Below, piece by piece: positions 1-15,156 of a stretch of DNA of 64,000 nt (the first letter of the stretch is position 1; every line of letters starts with the position of its first letter). The notes beneath the pieces are model-generated. The model had not been told where the DNA came from. It made no database searches and saw only the letters and a list, made by a program, of their open reading frames with translations. The translations under genes were made by a program, and so were the position numbers. Location: the NCBI RefSeq assembly GCF_001194135.2, contig NC_068983.1, forward strand, positions 102,137,969 through 102,201,968, given 5' to 3'. The stretch comes from Octopus bimaculoides. Taxonomy: Eukaryota.

Positions 1-304
1 CTCCAGCATGGCTGTAGTTCAATGAATGAAACAAGTAAAAGATGAATGTATATCTACCTATTCCAACCTAAAACATGGACATTAAATAAATGATGATGAT
101 GATATTAAAAAGTAATAATTAGACTTTTTTAAAAAAAAAACCAGCCGTAATTTGAATAAAATCTTTGTAGTTGATTGTAAACTTGTGTTCACATATCCAT
201 TTTATATTTCCTAGAGAATGTTGTCTCCCTTCGTAGGTTTCATAATACAAAGTAGCATGTAAATATGGAAGGAGAGATTCACATATTGTTTTTAATTAAT
301 GCAG

Positions 305-435
305 ATTATGTATGTGAAGGAATGGATTTAAGTGGAATTGAGGTGATTGAAGCAGATCGTCGATTCATTAAACAAGCTCGCAAAGATGTAGAGGCACAAG
401 CTCAGAAGATGTTGGAACAAGGAATGGAAACACAG
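305..435 (+). CDS. COG5: COG5 exon ([43 protein letters not shown])
   Basis: gcag|ATT acceptor, CAG|gtgag donor. Confidence 0.93.
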
Positions 436-1811
436 GTGAGGCATTTGCTTTATCCGTCTGATAATAATAATGGCTGTATGTTTGTATAAAGTGCCACTTT
501 AGTTGTTAGATCCTAAAAATCAATGTGCCACATAAAAAGCACTGGTGCTGGTGTCATGTAAAAAGTATTGGTACCGGTGTCATGTAAAAAGTATTGGTGC
601 CACGTAAAAGGCATTGGTGAAAGTGTCACATAAAAAGCACCCAGTACACTTTGTAGAGTGGTTGGCGTTAGGAGAAGCATCAAGCCATAGAAACTAAACT
701 GAAACAGACTATGAAACCTTGCCATTTCTTGTTAAACTGTCCAACCCATGCTAGCATGGAAAACAGAGTTAAATCATGATGATGATGACTTTTAACCAAA
801 GAACTAAATGACCTTTAATACGAGTAGTATGTTGGCCCTTTAACAAATATCCATTCTATACTAAATTCCTTAGCCATTTTGACCAGCAACCAAATGAGGG
901 TTGCTAAAATTATAAGTAGTTTAGTACATAGCTATGTAGGCAGGCTGGTACATACATTAAAAACTAAATGCATATTTTTTCTTTTATTTGTTGAATCAGT
1001 GACAATTACTTGTGCAAGTAGGTGAGATTGATGTTAATGTTCTGTTTAAAATGTTGCAGATCATTACATTCAGGAAAGATATGAGTGGGGAGACGATTTC
1101 AGATGTGCTGGAAAGGAAGAATTGGGTGTAGTGGCAAGTTGTAGTAGTTGTATGGCTAAGGAAGGGTTGGAGGCAGCAAGGGTGAGGAGAAATGAAGAGA
1201 TGATTGGGTTAGGGTTGCCTGAATGGTGGAGGTATGAGATCAATCAGAATTGAGGAGCAGAAGTCATTATAGTAGCAATAAAAAAAAAAAGACAGAGAGA
1301 GGAGGCTATAGCTAGAGGCCAGAGTGTGTTCATTAATGTATGTGTATTTGTATATCTATCAATCTATCTATCATCATCATCATCATCATCGTTTAACGTC
1401 CGCTTTCCATGCTAGCATGGGTTGGACGATTTGACTGAGGACTGGTGAAACTGGATGGCAACACCAGGCTCCAATCTAATTTGGCAGAGTTTCTACAGCT
1501 GGATGCCCTTCCTAACGCCAACCACTCAGAGAGTGTAGTGGGTGCTTTTACGTGTCACCCGCACGGAGGCCAGTCAGGCGGTACTGGCAACGGCCACGCT
1601 CAAAATGGTGTCTTTTATGTGCCACCCGCNNNNNNNNNNNNNNNNNNNNNNNNNNNNNNNNNNNNNNNNNNNNNNNNNNNNNNNNNNNNNNNNNNNNNNN
1701 NNNNNNNNNNNNNNNNNNNNNNNNNNNNNNNNNNNNNNNNNNNNNNNNNNNNNNNNNNNNNNNNNNNNNNNNNNNNNNNNNNNNNNNNNNNNNNNNNNNN
1801 NNNNNNNNNNN

Positions 1812-1844
<33 letters not shown>

Positions 1845-4800
1845 ATATATATTTGTGTGTATATATTTGGTGTGTGTATATGTATATCTTTTATCTTCCA
1901 TCTTGTTTCAGTTATTAGACTATGCCCATGCTGGGGCACCACCTGAAGAATTTTTGTCAAACTAATCGATCCCAGTACTTATGTTCTTTATAAGCCTGGT
2001 ATTTATTCTATCAGTATCTTTTGCTGAACCAGTAAGTTATGGGGACACTAACACACCAACACTGGTCGTCAGGCAGTGGTGCAGGACACAAATGCAGACA
2101 CATGCACATAGATATATAAACATGTATATAATGGGTTTCTTTCAGTTTCCATCTATCATATCCACTCACAAGGCTTTGGGCAGACTAAGGCTATAGTTGA
2201 AGACACTTGCCTAAGTGCCACACTGTGGGACTGAACCTAGAACCATAAGGTTGGGAAGCAAGCTTCTTACCATATGGCATTTATAGCTATCTATATATAT
2301 ATATGTATTTATATAAAATAATAAGGATTATTTTGAAGTATTATTTTGAAATATTAACTTGCTTGGAAACAGATGAGTGTTGGTGACAGGACGGGTATCC
2401 AGCTGTAGAAAATTTATCTCAATGAATTCCATGGAAAAGTGAATATTAAAACAACAACAATGGTGATGATGATGACAACAATGACCTATGAATGGGTTGT
2501 GCAGTTCATTAACTATTTGACCATTTCACTTCTGTTTATGTATAGTAGGATTGTTTGATTTGAGTAACAACCACTTTCAAAAAGATTAGATTTGTGCATT
2601 GCCAGTTGAAATGAATATTTTTTTTTTTGTAAATTTGTTATAGAATCAAAGTCAAGTGGCAACTTCACTGCAAGTGTTCTACAATCTTAATTCTCTCTCA
2701 GCAACTGTGAAGAAGGTTGTGAACAATTGTCGTGAAACTCTTCACCAAAATGTTAAGAACTGTCTTAATATGCAGCTTTTACAACAACAGCTTCCCTCGC
2801 AAGGTCAAGGTCAGTTGATATACAAATTTTTGTTTTTGCTGTTTGGTTAGGAAGCTTGCCTTTTGACCACGTGATTTTGGGTTCAGCCCTACTGCATGGG
2901 ACCTTGGGCAATTGTCTTCTGCTATAGCCTTGGGCTGACTGAAGACTTGTGATTGAATTTGGTAAGCAGAAGTCCTTCTGCTTCCCATAACGATTCATTC
3001 AGTTAAATGCATTTATTGCAATCATAATGATTTGCTGTGTTTAACCAGAAGAGCTGACAGTTTTTGTTTCATCATCAGTTGCTCTGATGTGTTCTGGACA
3101 CACCAGAGCAACTAAATATCCCCTGGTAACAAGCGTAAGCCTCAAACGAGAGAATTGTTTCATGGTGGAGTACTGAATAAGCTTATTTATAAATGATGCA
3201 TAGTGTGTTGATTTTATGATGCTAAGATTCAATCTCCTCTCACAGAAAATACCCCCTCCCCCAAGTGGTATCAAGAAAGGAATCAAGTATTATGCAGGAA
3301 TACATATCTGACTTATTTGTTCTATTTAATGAAATAGGAAAGTATCTGAATAATTAGGTTTTTTGTTGAAGTTATTTGAATCTGACTCTTCTTTATGTTA
3401 ACTCTTCAAGTGTTCCTGCCTTACTTTGTCATATTGAGCCATCCTTTGAGCCAAACCTTTGTTTCTCTGGATTCTTCCATCATGCTGAGATCTTCTATTG
3501 GGTTTTTGGGGTGCAGTTGAAAGATTTTATTTACTTGTTGTAATTCAAGGGGACTAATGTTAGAGCAATCTCATTACCTGTTCCAGGCCTGTGGGAGGAT
3601 TAAGTTTAATTCAGTAGACTAATGTGACAGCCAGCAATTGTACCCTTCTTTTATTATTCACATTAGTAAGTTCTACTTTCTGATTGTACCTATTTACTAC
3701 AAAATTTACCAGGTTATTGAAAGTTAAGTACCTTTGCCAGAGGTACAGTTTAGTGTTGTAAGTGGGATACCAGTCATAATCTTCTTGGCCGACCAGTTAA
3801 AGTCATATTGACTCAACCAGCTGCTACCCTCCATTGTTATTACTTTGCTGTCTAAATGTCTTTTTAGGTGGTCCTGGCCGAGCATTGATGCCAGTGACTG
3901 GAAACACAGCTGCCTACCGAGCGAATCTTTGGACTAACATGGAGAAATTGATGGATAATATTTATGCTGCTTGTGCTCAGGTTAGTTATAGTCTTTACAA
4001 TATATCGCTGTTGTTATATATAAAAAGGTAGATTGATGCTGTATCTTAGTTTGTAATACACACATGCATATCCAATAAATGGATCATCTTGAGGTGGTTT
4101 AAAGCTATTAAGAAAGCCTGTCAAAATAACTGATGCAGCTGGAATTTGAACTGAATGCTTTACTATAACATTGATTGGCACTGAGTTCTGATTATTCTGG
4201 GGGTCAATTTTTGCTTTTAATCCCTTTGGAGTAAATAAAATATATACCAGTAATATATTGGAGTCAGTGTTGTTGATTATACAACTGACCCAGAAAAATT
4301 ATCTGTGTTTAGTGCAAAGAATCACTAAGTGAGACATCAGTCTTGTGAGTGGCTTCTTTATATAATTAAATTGCTATTTCTCAAGTCTTTAACTGTTAAC
4401 CATTCATTACAGAGTTTGCTGTAGTTCACATTAATTGTAGACCAGACTGAAGTTTGGTATTTCAGATATTATACTGAAGCTCAAACCTGCTGCAGTTGAA
4501 ACTAAACATTAATATTATTATCTTCATTAGTTATCATGACTTCTCAACTCTCCATTTCAAAATGTGAAGACCTGAGAGACTGTTCTGTAGGCCAATTAAC
4601 CCTTTAGCACTCAGATTTCTTTGTCAAATGCATTGTTTATTTATTCACATTGTTTTGAATTAATCATGCATTATCTTGTAGCTTCAAGATTTCAATGGTG
4701 TGTTTATATATTTTTAGAATCACATTGTAGCGTAGGTGTGAGAGGTTGGATCTGATCATTTTTAATATAAAACATGTAGAATATTTGGGCCTCATATGAC

Positions 4801-5114
4801 CAGATTAAATGCTAAAGAGTTAAAGGCAAATACAAGAAATAAGACGTGTGATTGATTTAACCTGTTGGTAGACATTGTAAACTTCTTGAGAACATCATTT
4901 CACTATTTGCCTCTGTTATTCATCAGTTCATCAATAAGATATAATTTCCTGAAATTTCTTTTGAATAACTGGAAGGAATTGAAGTATGGCTATGTGGTAA
5001 GAAGTTTGCTTCCCAATCACATGGTTTTGAGTTCAGTCTCATTGCATAGCACCTTGTGAGTAGATTTGGTGAAGAAAACTGAAAGCAGCCCACCATAAGT
5101 GTGTTTGTGTGTGC

Positions 5115-5147
<33 letters not shown>

Positions 5148-8100
5148 GGCGTGCATGCATGCATGTGTTTGTGTGTTACTGATTCCTTGTGTGATAGTTG
5201 TAAACAAATGCCACTGTTATGCAAGTGGTGTTCTTTGTTTCTAATCTTTTATGAAAACATGTTTTGTCATGAGGGAAATATTAACTTACTTGGAGACAGG
5301 TGAGGATTGACAACAGAAAGGGCATCCAGCTGTAGAAAATCCCCCTCAACAAATTCTGTCTGACCCATGCAAGCATGGAAAAGTGAATGTTAAACAATGG
5401 TGATGATGGTTGTTCCAATCATCTTCATTACTATCACTGTTATTGTTATTGTTATCATTGTCTCCATTGTTGTTGTTACTACCATCACCATAGCCATTGT
5501 TATTACCATAATCCTTATAATAACTGTCATAATATGCATCATCATTATCATCATCATCTTCATCATTATCATCATCATTATCATCATCTCATTGTGAGTT
5601 TCATTGTCATTATCATCTTCACTCTTCTGTTTATCTTTTAAATATTTTTTTGTTATCATTTTGTAATTATTAGATACAGCATTTACAGAAGGTGTTGACA
5701 AAGAAACGTGACCCTGTCACTCACATTTGTTTCATTGAGGAACTCTCAAAGGTGTGTATAGTTTTCTTCATTTTATAGTTTCATATTCTTTATCAAGTTC
5801 ATTGAGGTTGCACCATTGTTCCTTTTGATCTGAGTTCTTTTCTATAATGTCACCACTGTCTTTTAGAAAGATACAGATATTAAAAACTCCTACTTTCTCT
5901 CTTACTCCCTTTGAAGTTTATTTTCTAACTCCATACCACCAAGTATCTAAGTCTCTTTATTTCACTTGTGTACTGATTAAAGCAATAAAGTAAATGTTTA
6001 TTCCTTAATCTTTAAGACGTTGGATGCTATCCTCTCATGACCTATCACTGTCACATCTGTCCTCACAACTTGCTTCTGTAGCCTCTTTTGTCTTCTCATT
6101 ACCTACCAGTTATCGTCCCTAGAATTGATACACTTGTGATGGTCTTCATCATTATAAATTGGATTGAATAGCAAACTTTACTTTGGTGGAGGTGGTGACA
6201 GTGTATTTCTTGTGACATCTTCAACAAATGATTTTCAGATTAACTGTTCAGTACTTCACTCCTTCATACAATATTTTAGTGAATAAAAAGAAGAAATTAT
6301 ATAATTACCGAAACCTGCTGGATGTTGTTCATATTTGAACCTTTATATTTATATGTGTATTCTGTGTTTGGTTGTATAAGATTACATGCTACATATGAGG
6401 CGTTTAGTAACAGACTGTCGTAAGCACCACAACTTAAAAACTGAGAAAAACGCAGTCAAAGTTTCGCGACTTTCAGAATGTGGATATCTCAGCAAGGAAT
6501 GAAGTTAGGAAGCTGATTTTGGTTTTAAATTGACTGTGAAGACATCCTCTAATCATTTCACCCATGGAAAATTATTTATTTATGTATGCATCTGAAAGAT
6601 GAAACAAGGACTGTGTCTTGCTCATTTTGTAGAATATACCGGTACTACGAAATGGTGTATCACATTGCATATTTTAACCATAATACCTAGAAAAATCATA
6701 CAGAGACCCCACCCCCGAAGGTAAGTATCTTTAAGAGGTAAGACAAGATAGTTAGATAATAGCCCATTATCGTTACGGATGGTAAGAAGGAATATTAGAA
6801 AACAATACAGGGACCACACCAAAGTTATTGATTGAGCATGTGTGCTTATGATGGTGTGTTACTAAACTCTCTGGTCCGAGTTTGGGTGAGTGAGCATTGT
6901 GTCAAAACCGTCGAGGTACAATTTGTTTCAGCCGGATTTTTGACTTTACTGCAAGCCTCACCGGTTATTCCTCTCAACTCTTTTGGGTCCTAGATGTCGA
7001 GACAAAGAAAATGATATATTAAACCTCGAAAGTGGCTGGGGTGGCACTTACAACACTCTGTTACTAAACGCCTCATATGTATTATATATTCACATGTGAA
7101 ATGTTTTCATCTTTTATTGACTGAGGTAGAAATGCATTACACATTGTTTGGTGATCATGATAGTGTTGTCACATACAATATACCGAGTATTAAAAAGCTT
7201 ATTTGAAATAGTGATGTGGTAAAATAGAGACAACACTGTTAATCTATGACTAATACGATTTTAGTTATTCCAGGAAGTATGGGACACAACACTAGACATG
7301 CTTTGTTTATCCTTCTCGATGAAACACATTTTCACTGTACTTGCTAATACAGCCATTATTGAATAGACTATATTTCACTTGAATAAACATGAAAGTTAGT
7401 ATATTTTAAAGAATAGTTTGATGGGACTTTGATGTAAAGAAATTGAAGAAGTAGTATATTAGATTTTGTTTGGTTGAATTAATGTTTAGAGACTAATAAT
7501 GAGAAGAAGAAATGTAGCTACAACAACTCATATGGAATCAAATGAGTACTATTGTTCTAACTTTAATAAGAATATTGAATTATTATTATTGATGCTTGTT
7601 TAAATATAATTATAAGTCTACTGATTTTTGTTGAGTTATCTCAAGCAGACACTGAAATAATCAATTTAACACTTTAGATCAACTTATAGATCTCCCATAT
7701 CCTAGCTGTGCAGACATAGCACATCTAGCAGTGTTTTATTTCTTCATTTTTGCCATTAGGTATATTACTTGATTCTAGGGATTTTAACTCCTCTTCTAAA
7801 ATTCTTTATTAAGTGAATAAATAAAAGAAATAAGGAAAATTATAGCATGGTGTGTGTATGTACATGTGTCTTTTGTGGTGTGATTGTATATGTGCTTATA
7901 TTTTACTGGGTTGTGATTACTATGTTTTTAATTACAGACATTTTCTGAACTTGCCCAAGTTTTAGCTTGTTTCTTTAACCCATATCATATGATTCTACTC
8001 CATTTGATTGCTCTTTTTATCTTCTATCAGACTTCAGATGAACCCATCAACATAATGCAAGATTTCTGGGAAAGTGTCACAAGTATTTTGACTGATGAAT

Positions 8101-11100
8101 TTAAGGCAGCTGCCCGAGGTATAGTAATATGCATTCTACCCATCCTTTTAGTGTTCCTTACAAGGACGAAATAACAAATTGTATCTTACAAAAGAGTGAT
8201 GTCAAGTTTTTTTTTTCTGTTAGGATAGCTAATTAATATTCTATTAACATCTACTTAGTTTTTAACTAGCTTTAATATGTATATGTATCTAATGATTTTA
8301 TATAATCCTTATGCCTACCTTAATATATATTTGTGTGTATTTATGTAAATGTATGTATATTTATTTTATTATATTTATTTCTTCTTACCATTCAAGATAC
8401 ATCTTTTCTGAAGCAAGCATTTGAAGGTGAATACCCCAAATTGCTACGTTTATACAATGATTTATGGAAAAGACTTCATCAGTTTAATGTTACGTCCAAC
8501 ACAGCTACAAGTGTAATCCATACAGATTTTTCTGCTATGGAATTCACTGATGATGATTTCTTTAGTCAAAAGGCAGCCACTAAGACTGGTTATGAGTAAG
8601 TCATGATGATTATATATTTACAGCTCTAAAATACCATCAATTTTCTATAATTAATTAGAAGAGTTAGAGCAGTGAGTTGGTAGAAACAACAGTCTGTTGA
8701 CTTAAATGCTTCATGGTATTTTGTAATATCCCTTTTTGTTCTGGGTTCCAATTACATCAAAGTTGGTTTTGTCTCCCATCCCTCTTGGCCCTATAAAAAA
8801 TTACTAGCGATAAAACTGAGTCAGTTCAGTGAACCATAATCTTCTCTGAAAATTGACTCTGTGCTTGGTCCAATTAGCTTGTTGGTTACGGAGTTGAAGA
8901 GTTTATGTGTTTGTATCCCTGTTGCTTGGGCCAAAGAAGGCTTTATGTGGTTATTTAACATGCTTGAAATAGTAACCAAACATCTCTCAAATTGCATCAT
9001 TTGAAAAAGTGGAGATGCGACTTTAGTTAATATAGTATTAGATATCTCTAAAAGTATGTGAGATGGCCACAGTTGGCATGCTTTTGGTCATAGGTTTACA
9101 GGATTAGGGCTGTCGTGAAACTAAATGATAAGAACAGCTACTATTGTTTGGCTGAGTTCTTGCTAAAGCACTGGTATTTTTTCCCATATTTATCGGCCAG
9201 CAAGGTAGATAAGAAACAAGAGGAAGGTGATGTGGTGAACTCATTAGAAATTGATGCAGAGATTTACAAGGGATGGTCATAATTTTCTGCATGAGGATAA
9301 AGAAAGATTAAGTGACAAGGTGTAGTTATACACTTGTATTTCTGATAACAAGATATAAATTTAAAGTCTGTTATGGTATTGTTTTGTTACATTATTTTAT
9401 CTATCTTGGTTCTCTATGTGCTTGCTTGAACTGATAGAAATACAGCCAAACTTCTTACAAACTCTACCCTACTTTCTTAAAAAAAAAGAAGGATACATTA
9501 AATAATGTGATCTTAGATACACAGAACAATAGTTGTGGTTGGAATGTCCTTGATCATTGGTCTGCTCTGTCAGGGCTGTCTATGGGCTAAATAACAATTT
9601 TATCTCTGTCTAAATATAAATGCCATTCTCACTGATTGTTCTCATCATCATCACCGTTTAACGTCTGCTTTCCATGCTAGCATGGGTTGGACGATTTGAC
9701 TGAGGACTGGTGAACCAGATGGCTACACCAGGCTCCAATCTGATTTGGCAGAGTTTCTACAGCTGGATGCCCTTCCTAATGCCAACCACTCCGAGAGTGT
9801 AGTGGGTGTTTTTACGAGCCTCTGCCCATCTCTCTCTAGGTCTGGCCACATCTGATTTCTTGAGGGAGGGGGAGATAAAGAAGTAGAAGTGTATCAACAG
9901 GCATTTTATGTGGGTTTTTTTTTGACCCTGAAGAGATGGAAGACAAAATTGAACTTGGTTGATTTGAACTCAGAAAGGAGAGGGCTAAAATGAACCCTGT
10001 AAAGCATTTAAGGCTCTAACAACTCTGCCAGTTTGCATGTGTGTGTATATGAGTAATTTACACAGAAATGCACATATATATATATATTAAAGAGAGAAAT
10101 AGAGAAAGAAAGAGTGGTAAGTGTTGGATGTTGACAGAAAATGCTGTGTGTGTGTGTTTGTCTATGACAGACTAACCTTATTATATATAATAGATTGTTG
10201 TTGTTTCTGTGTAATCCTCGTCCTTTTCCATATCAACTATCAATACAATGTGGATCATATATGTAACTTTTATAACATTTCTAATTGATATTTATTGTTT
10301 GGATTTTGTCAACTTGTTTGTTTGTTTACTTGGTTCTTTTGTGTATTTTTGCATTTGGTAGCTCTGAGATGGCACTGAGAAATACATTAGCTTCATTTGA
10401 AACTGCTTACTTGTCACGTTCACTTTCCCGCCTTTTTGATCCAATTAATTTGGTGTTTACGAGTGGGTCATTAAATCCACCAACCAAGGAAGAAGTTGAC
10501 AGTATTGTTAAAACTATAGCCAGGTAAGGGTTGTAAATATCTTTAGTCATCCTTTTTTTTTTAATATATTTTAACTATTTAATTATGGCCGGTATGCCTT
10601 TTACATTTACTTATTACAGAGCAATTATTGTTTAAAGCTGAATACCTTCCTATTACCACCACTAGTATGGTTTTCATTCATCTCTCACTTCTTGGATTGG
10701 AAGTTCTTGTGAGACTGACTCACTGCAGTATTTACAGATGAGATTCAATCTGAACCTCATTCTATCAACTCTGGTGTATCTCAAGGTTCAGTCATATCTC
10801 CCATACTCTTCTTTCTGTACATTAATGTTCACCTTGCTTCAACTTCTATGCAGATGATACTGCTCTTCACTTCCTCTTAACATTCAGCACATCACCATTA
10901 TTCAAACTAGACACTTCTTATGCATTGCTTACATGAAAAGAGAGCTTGGAAAATATTGTACTTTGCTGTCAGCACCAACTCAGATTTTCTAATAATAATA
11001 GTCATTGCTGTGTGGTTGAGAAGTTTGCTTCCCAACCACATTGTTTCAGGTTCAGTTTTACTGTGTGGTACTTTAGGTAAATGTCTTCTACCATAACCCT

Positions 11101-12935
11101 GCATTGACCAAAGCGTTCTGATTGGATTTGGTAGATAGGAATTGAAAGAAGTGTTACCTTGGAGAAATATCCCCTTACTTGGAAACAAGTAAGAGTTGGT
11201 CACAGGAAGCCTCTCCCACCAATTAGAGTGTGATTTTAGTTCTGCTCAATCAGAGATGATCTGGTTTAATCTACAACAATAACCTCAACAATTACTACCA
11301 TAATATTGTCAACCAGTAATAGTTATACACACAGAATTTATGACATATCTAATTATGATTATTTTCTCTCTTATTTTGTTGTTTGCAGTGAACTGAATGT
11401 GGCTAGTGTTGACACCAAGCTCAGTGTTACTGTGGCCAGAAATGTCACCAAAACTGTCAAGCTTTTCTGTGTTAAAAGTGAACAATTGGTAAGTTTTTTT
11501 TTATTGGAGAGTCCTTGCTGCTGGTGTGTGGCTGTCACTGACTGACTGATTGTCTTTATCTGTTCTTGAGGGCTGCTGCTATTCATACAAGCAACCTTGA
11601 CTGCATCCAGTAGAAAGCTATTTGGCTGACTTAATCTGTTGCTTTGTTTAACATCACCTTCTGACCATTGGTTTCTTTCAGCAGAATCCACTCTGCTATA
11701 AGCATTCAGGTTGGGTCACCTGTCTCACTATAACTTCTTTCCTTCACTTCCAGTTTCAGTAATCTTGAAAGGGTATCATGCGAACAGCATTTTCTTCTCT
11801 GATTAAGCTAAATAAAATAAAATAAAAATAAATGTAAATCTTCTATTTATTTTACATTTGTTACCTCCATAGTATTTACATATGATCAAAAACTCTGGTA
11901 TTGATCGGAACAGATGTGGGTAGGCATGATTTAGTTTCTATATTTTTTATTTCTTTCTTTTGAATTTAATAGTGGTATATAGCAAACCTATACAAAAGTT
12001 TTTCTCAGTGAAGAAAATGAAGAAATTGATTTTGCAACTATCCAGCTATAGATAAGTGCTCTGATTCTATCTATGGTTTTGTAGCAGTGTAGTAAAGTGC
12101 TAATGATATGTTTAGATGATCTACATGCATTCCCTGGATATGTTGACAAATCCAGATATTTTTACAAATATTTAACATAAACATTTTATGTCGCTAAGTG
12201 AAAGAGATATCAAATTGACAAGTGTTACTTGTGTTGATTGTCACAATGTATGACAATAGAGTAAAATTTGGAATCCAAGGAAAGTGGTAATGACCTGTGG
12301 AAGCAATAGTTTCATTTTATAATTCCCATGATTGTTAGATTTGGATGAATAGAATGATTAACCCCTGAGCATTAAGATTATTCTGTCATGTAAAGTTTAG
12401 TTATTCAATTATTTTGTATCAATCATGCATCATCTCATTGCTGTGAGATTTTGATGGTGTGGTTGTATATTTTTAGATTGATATTGTAGGGTAGGTGTGA
12501 GAGACCAGATCTGGCTGGTTTGAACATAAAACAGGTGGAATATTTTGGCCAGATATGGCTGGTTTAAATGCTAAAAGGTTAATCCATGAAGGTGCCTACA
12601 TTTTTCTCTTTACACATATTTCTAGTCATTGCTCAGATTAAGCTTTACATGCCACCTTGTTTAACACCACCACCTGATCCTTTTGCACAGTTCATTCTAT
12701 AGCAGGTATTTGGTTTTTTCAGTAGATGAAGACCTACACATGTTCAGACAGGCAATTTACCAATTGGATAGGGTTTGCAAAAGTAATGAACATTGTTCCT
12801 TCTGACATATAAACAGAAATCAAGATAATTATTGTATGTTTTTATTATATGTGTATGAATTTATTGATCCTCTTTGACCTTTACTACTTATATGGATACT
12901 TTTGTTTTCACTGATCTATTTTTACAATCCTCTGC

Positions 12936-12973
<38 letters not shown>

Positions 12974-15102
12974 AACAATCTAAAAATAATGGTCATTACA
13001 CATTTCCCTTTATTGGAGCAAATTTGGCTTACACCTGTTTCCAGTAGTCATTATAGGTACATTACTGATGGTCTGTTGATCAATTGAGGAAAATTAAATT
13101 ACCTAAGAAGATTAATGCTACTTTTGTCAGAGCTATTTCTGGTTATAACAGACAAACAGAACACTGGAGGAATGTCTATTGTATGAAGAAGGTGGGAGGA
13201 GAAGATGGAAATATTCAAGTAGAATAAAGAACAAAGAGGTGGAAGTAGGTAAGGGGATGGTATAGAAGTTACTAGAAGTAGGGACATTGTATTACCAAAC
13301 TTGGAAGAGGGATAGTCCAAAACATTAGTGTTTGTAGTCAGGTCAGCACCCATTACCATATAAGCATTGTATATAGGTTAGATGTTCTCCAGCCATTGTG
13401 TTGAAATTTGATATGGGTTTTTTATGGACATGGTCAGTCTAAGACAGTAATGTTCATTTTTTGCTATCTAGCATGGTGAGGGAATAATGTTAGAAAATAA
13501 AAGGATAATAGTTGTAGTCATATTGTAGAGGTCAGGAATGCTTTTATTATCCAGGATATAAATATTGGTTGATTGAGAGATGTTACAAATGGGATAATGT
13601 CAAGTTAAAGTTGTTGAAAAATTAAATGTAAATTCATGTTAACCTGATTAGTTAGGTTTTTAAATTCCCTGTATTGTTTTATTATTACCCCATGGTTATT
13701 GGTATTTCTGATATTAATTTGTAATATTATCTAATTGTTATTTTATTAATATTATTGATATTAGTGTTGTTGATGTCACTTTCATCATAATTGTTTTGGT
13801 ATCACACATTACTCGGCAAATTTATTCTCATCTTTTATATCTTAGTTTACCTTAATGCTAAATTTAGAAATTTTAACTTTAGTTCAAATTCTAATCCATA
13901 ACCTTTTTTATTAGTTTAAAATTTTAAAACCCAACTAATCAGGTTAACATGAATTTACATTTAATTTTCAACAACATCTCTCAATCAATCAGTATTTATA
14001 TCCTGGATAATAAGAGCATTCCTGACTTCTACAATATAACTACAACAAGTCTCCTTTTATTTTCTAACATTATTCCCCCACTATATTAGATAGCAAAAAC
14101 TGAATATTGCTATCTTAGACTGACCATGTCCATAAAAAAACCCATATCAAATTTCAGCACAATGACTGGAGAATATCTAACCTATATGCAATGCTAATAT
14201 GGTAATGGGTGCTGACCTTACAACAAACACTAATGTTTTGGACTGTCCCTCTTCCAAATTTGGCAATACAATGCCTCAACATCTAATAAGTGACTTCTAT
14301 ACCATCCTCTTACCTACTTCCACCCCTTTGTAACCTGTCTTCCTTTGTTCTCTACTCTACTTTCGTCTTTCCATCTTCTTCTCTCCACTTTCCCCATACA
14401 ATAACCATTCCTCCAGTGCTCTGCTTCTTATAACCAGATATGGCTCTGATGAAAGTAGCATCAATTTTCTTAAGTTGTTCAATTTTCCCCAACTGATCAA
14501 TAGACCAACTGAGTAAACCTATTATGACTACTGGAAACAGGTGTAATTTGCTCCAATGAAAGAAAAATGTGTAATGACCACTATTTTTAACTTGTTTCTT
14601 ATATATCTCTCTGTGTTAAAACCAGTTTGTCTGAGCCCATCCACGGATTTACAATATAGAATTGGGATGAACAATAACCATGGACCCTACCAAAAGATTA
14701 CCTGGTGTTCTTCACTAATCTAAGTAATATTGTTGACCTGGTTTGCCAACAGAGAGCTTATGAAGTATTTTGCCTAGATTGATAATCCTTCACTATTGGA
14801 TATATATATATAATTGTTAAACAGGATGGTAAACATTAAGGCAAAGCAAACATTTCCAGTTGTATACAATATTATTATTTTGAATTTCTTCCTATAATAA
14901 TATTTTATACGACTTGAGATGTTTGCCTTGCTTTGATGTTTACTGTCCTGTTTATATATCCGCTGCATTGGAAATCTGCAATGACTCCATAACTACCGTC
15001 CTGGCTATAACCTTGGAGCCCCAGTAATCTGTTACAACACTACCTAGCATACCTAATTGTTTAGATCACCTGTGAATTAAACTCCTATACTTTGTGTGTA
15101 TG

Positions 15103-15156
<54 letters not shown>

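Noticed and set aside
525-650. Short repeats (GGTGTCATGTAAAAAGTATTGGT) that look superficially CRISPR-like
   Set aside because: Contiguous tandem units without unique spacers, inside an old RTE-type 3'UTR; eukaryotic context with no cas genes.
1445-1965. Long ORFs containing X runs (also at 30306-31064, 57865-58565 and 61330-61711)
   Set aside because: Artefacts of N gaps plus RTE 3'UTR and microsatellites.
5387-5701. His/Cys-rich, Ile-rich and Met-rich ORFs
   Set aside because: All are translations of one degenerate trinucleotide microsatellite; the real coding exon here is 5674-5751.
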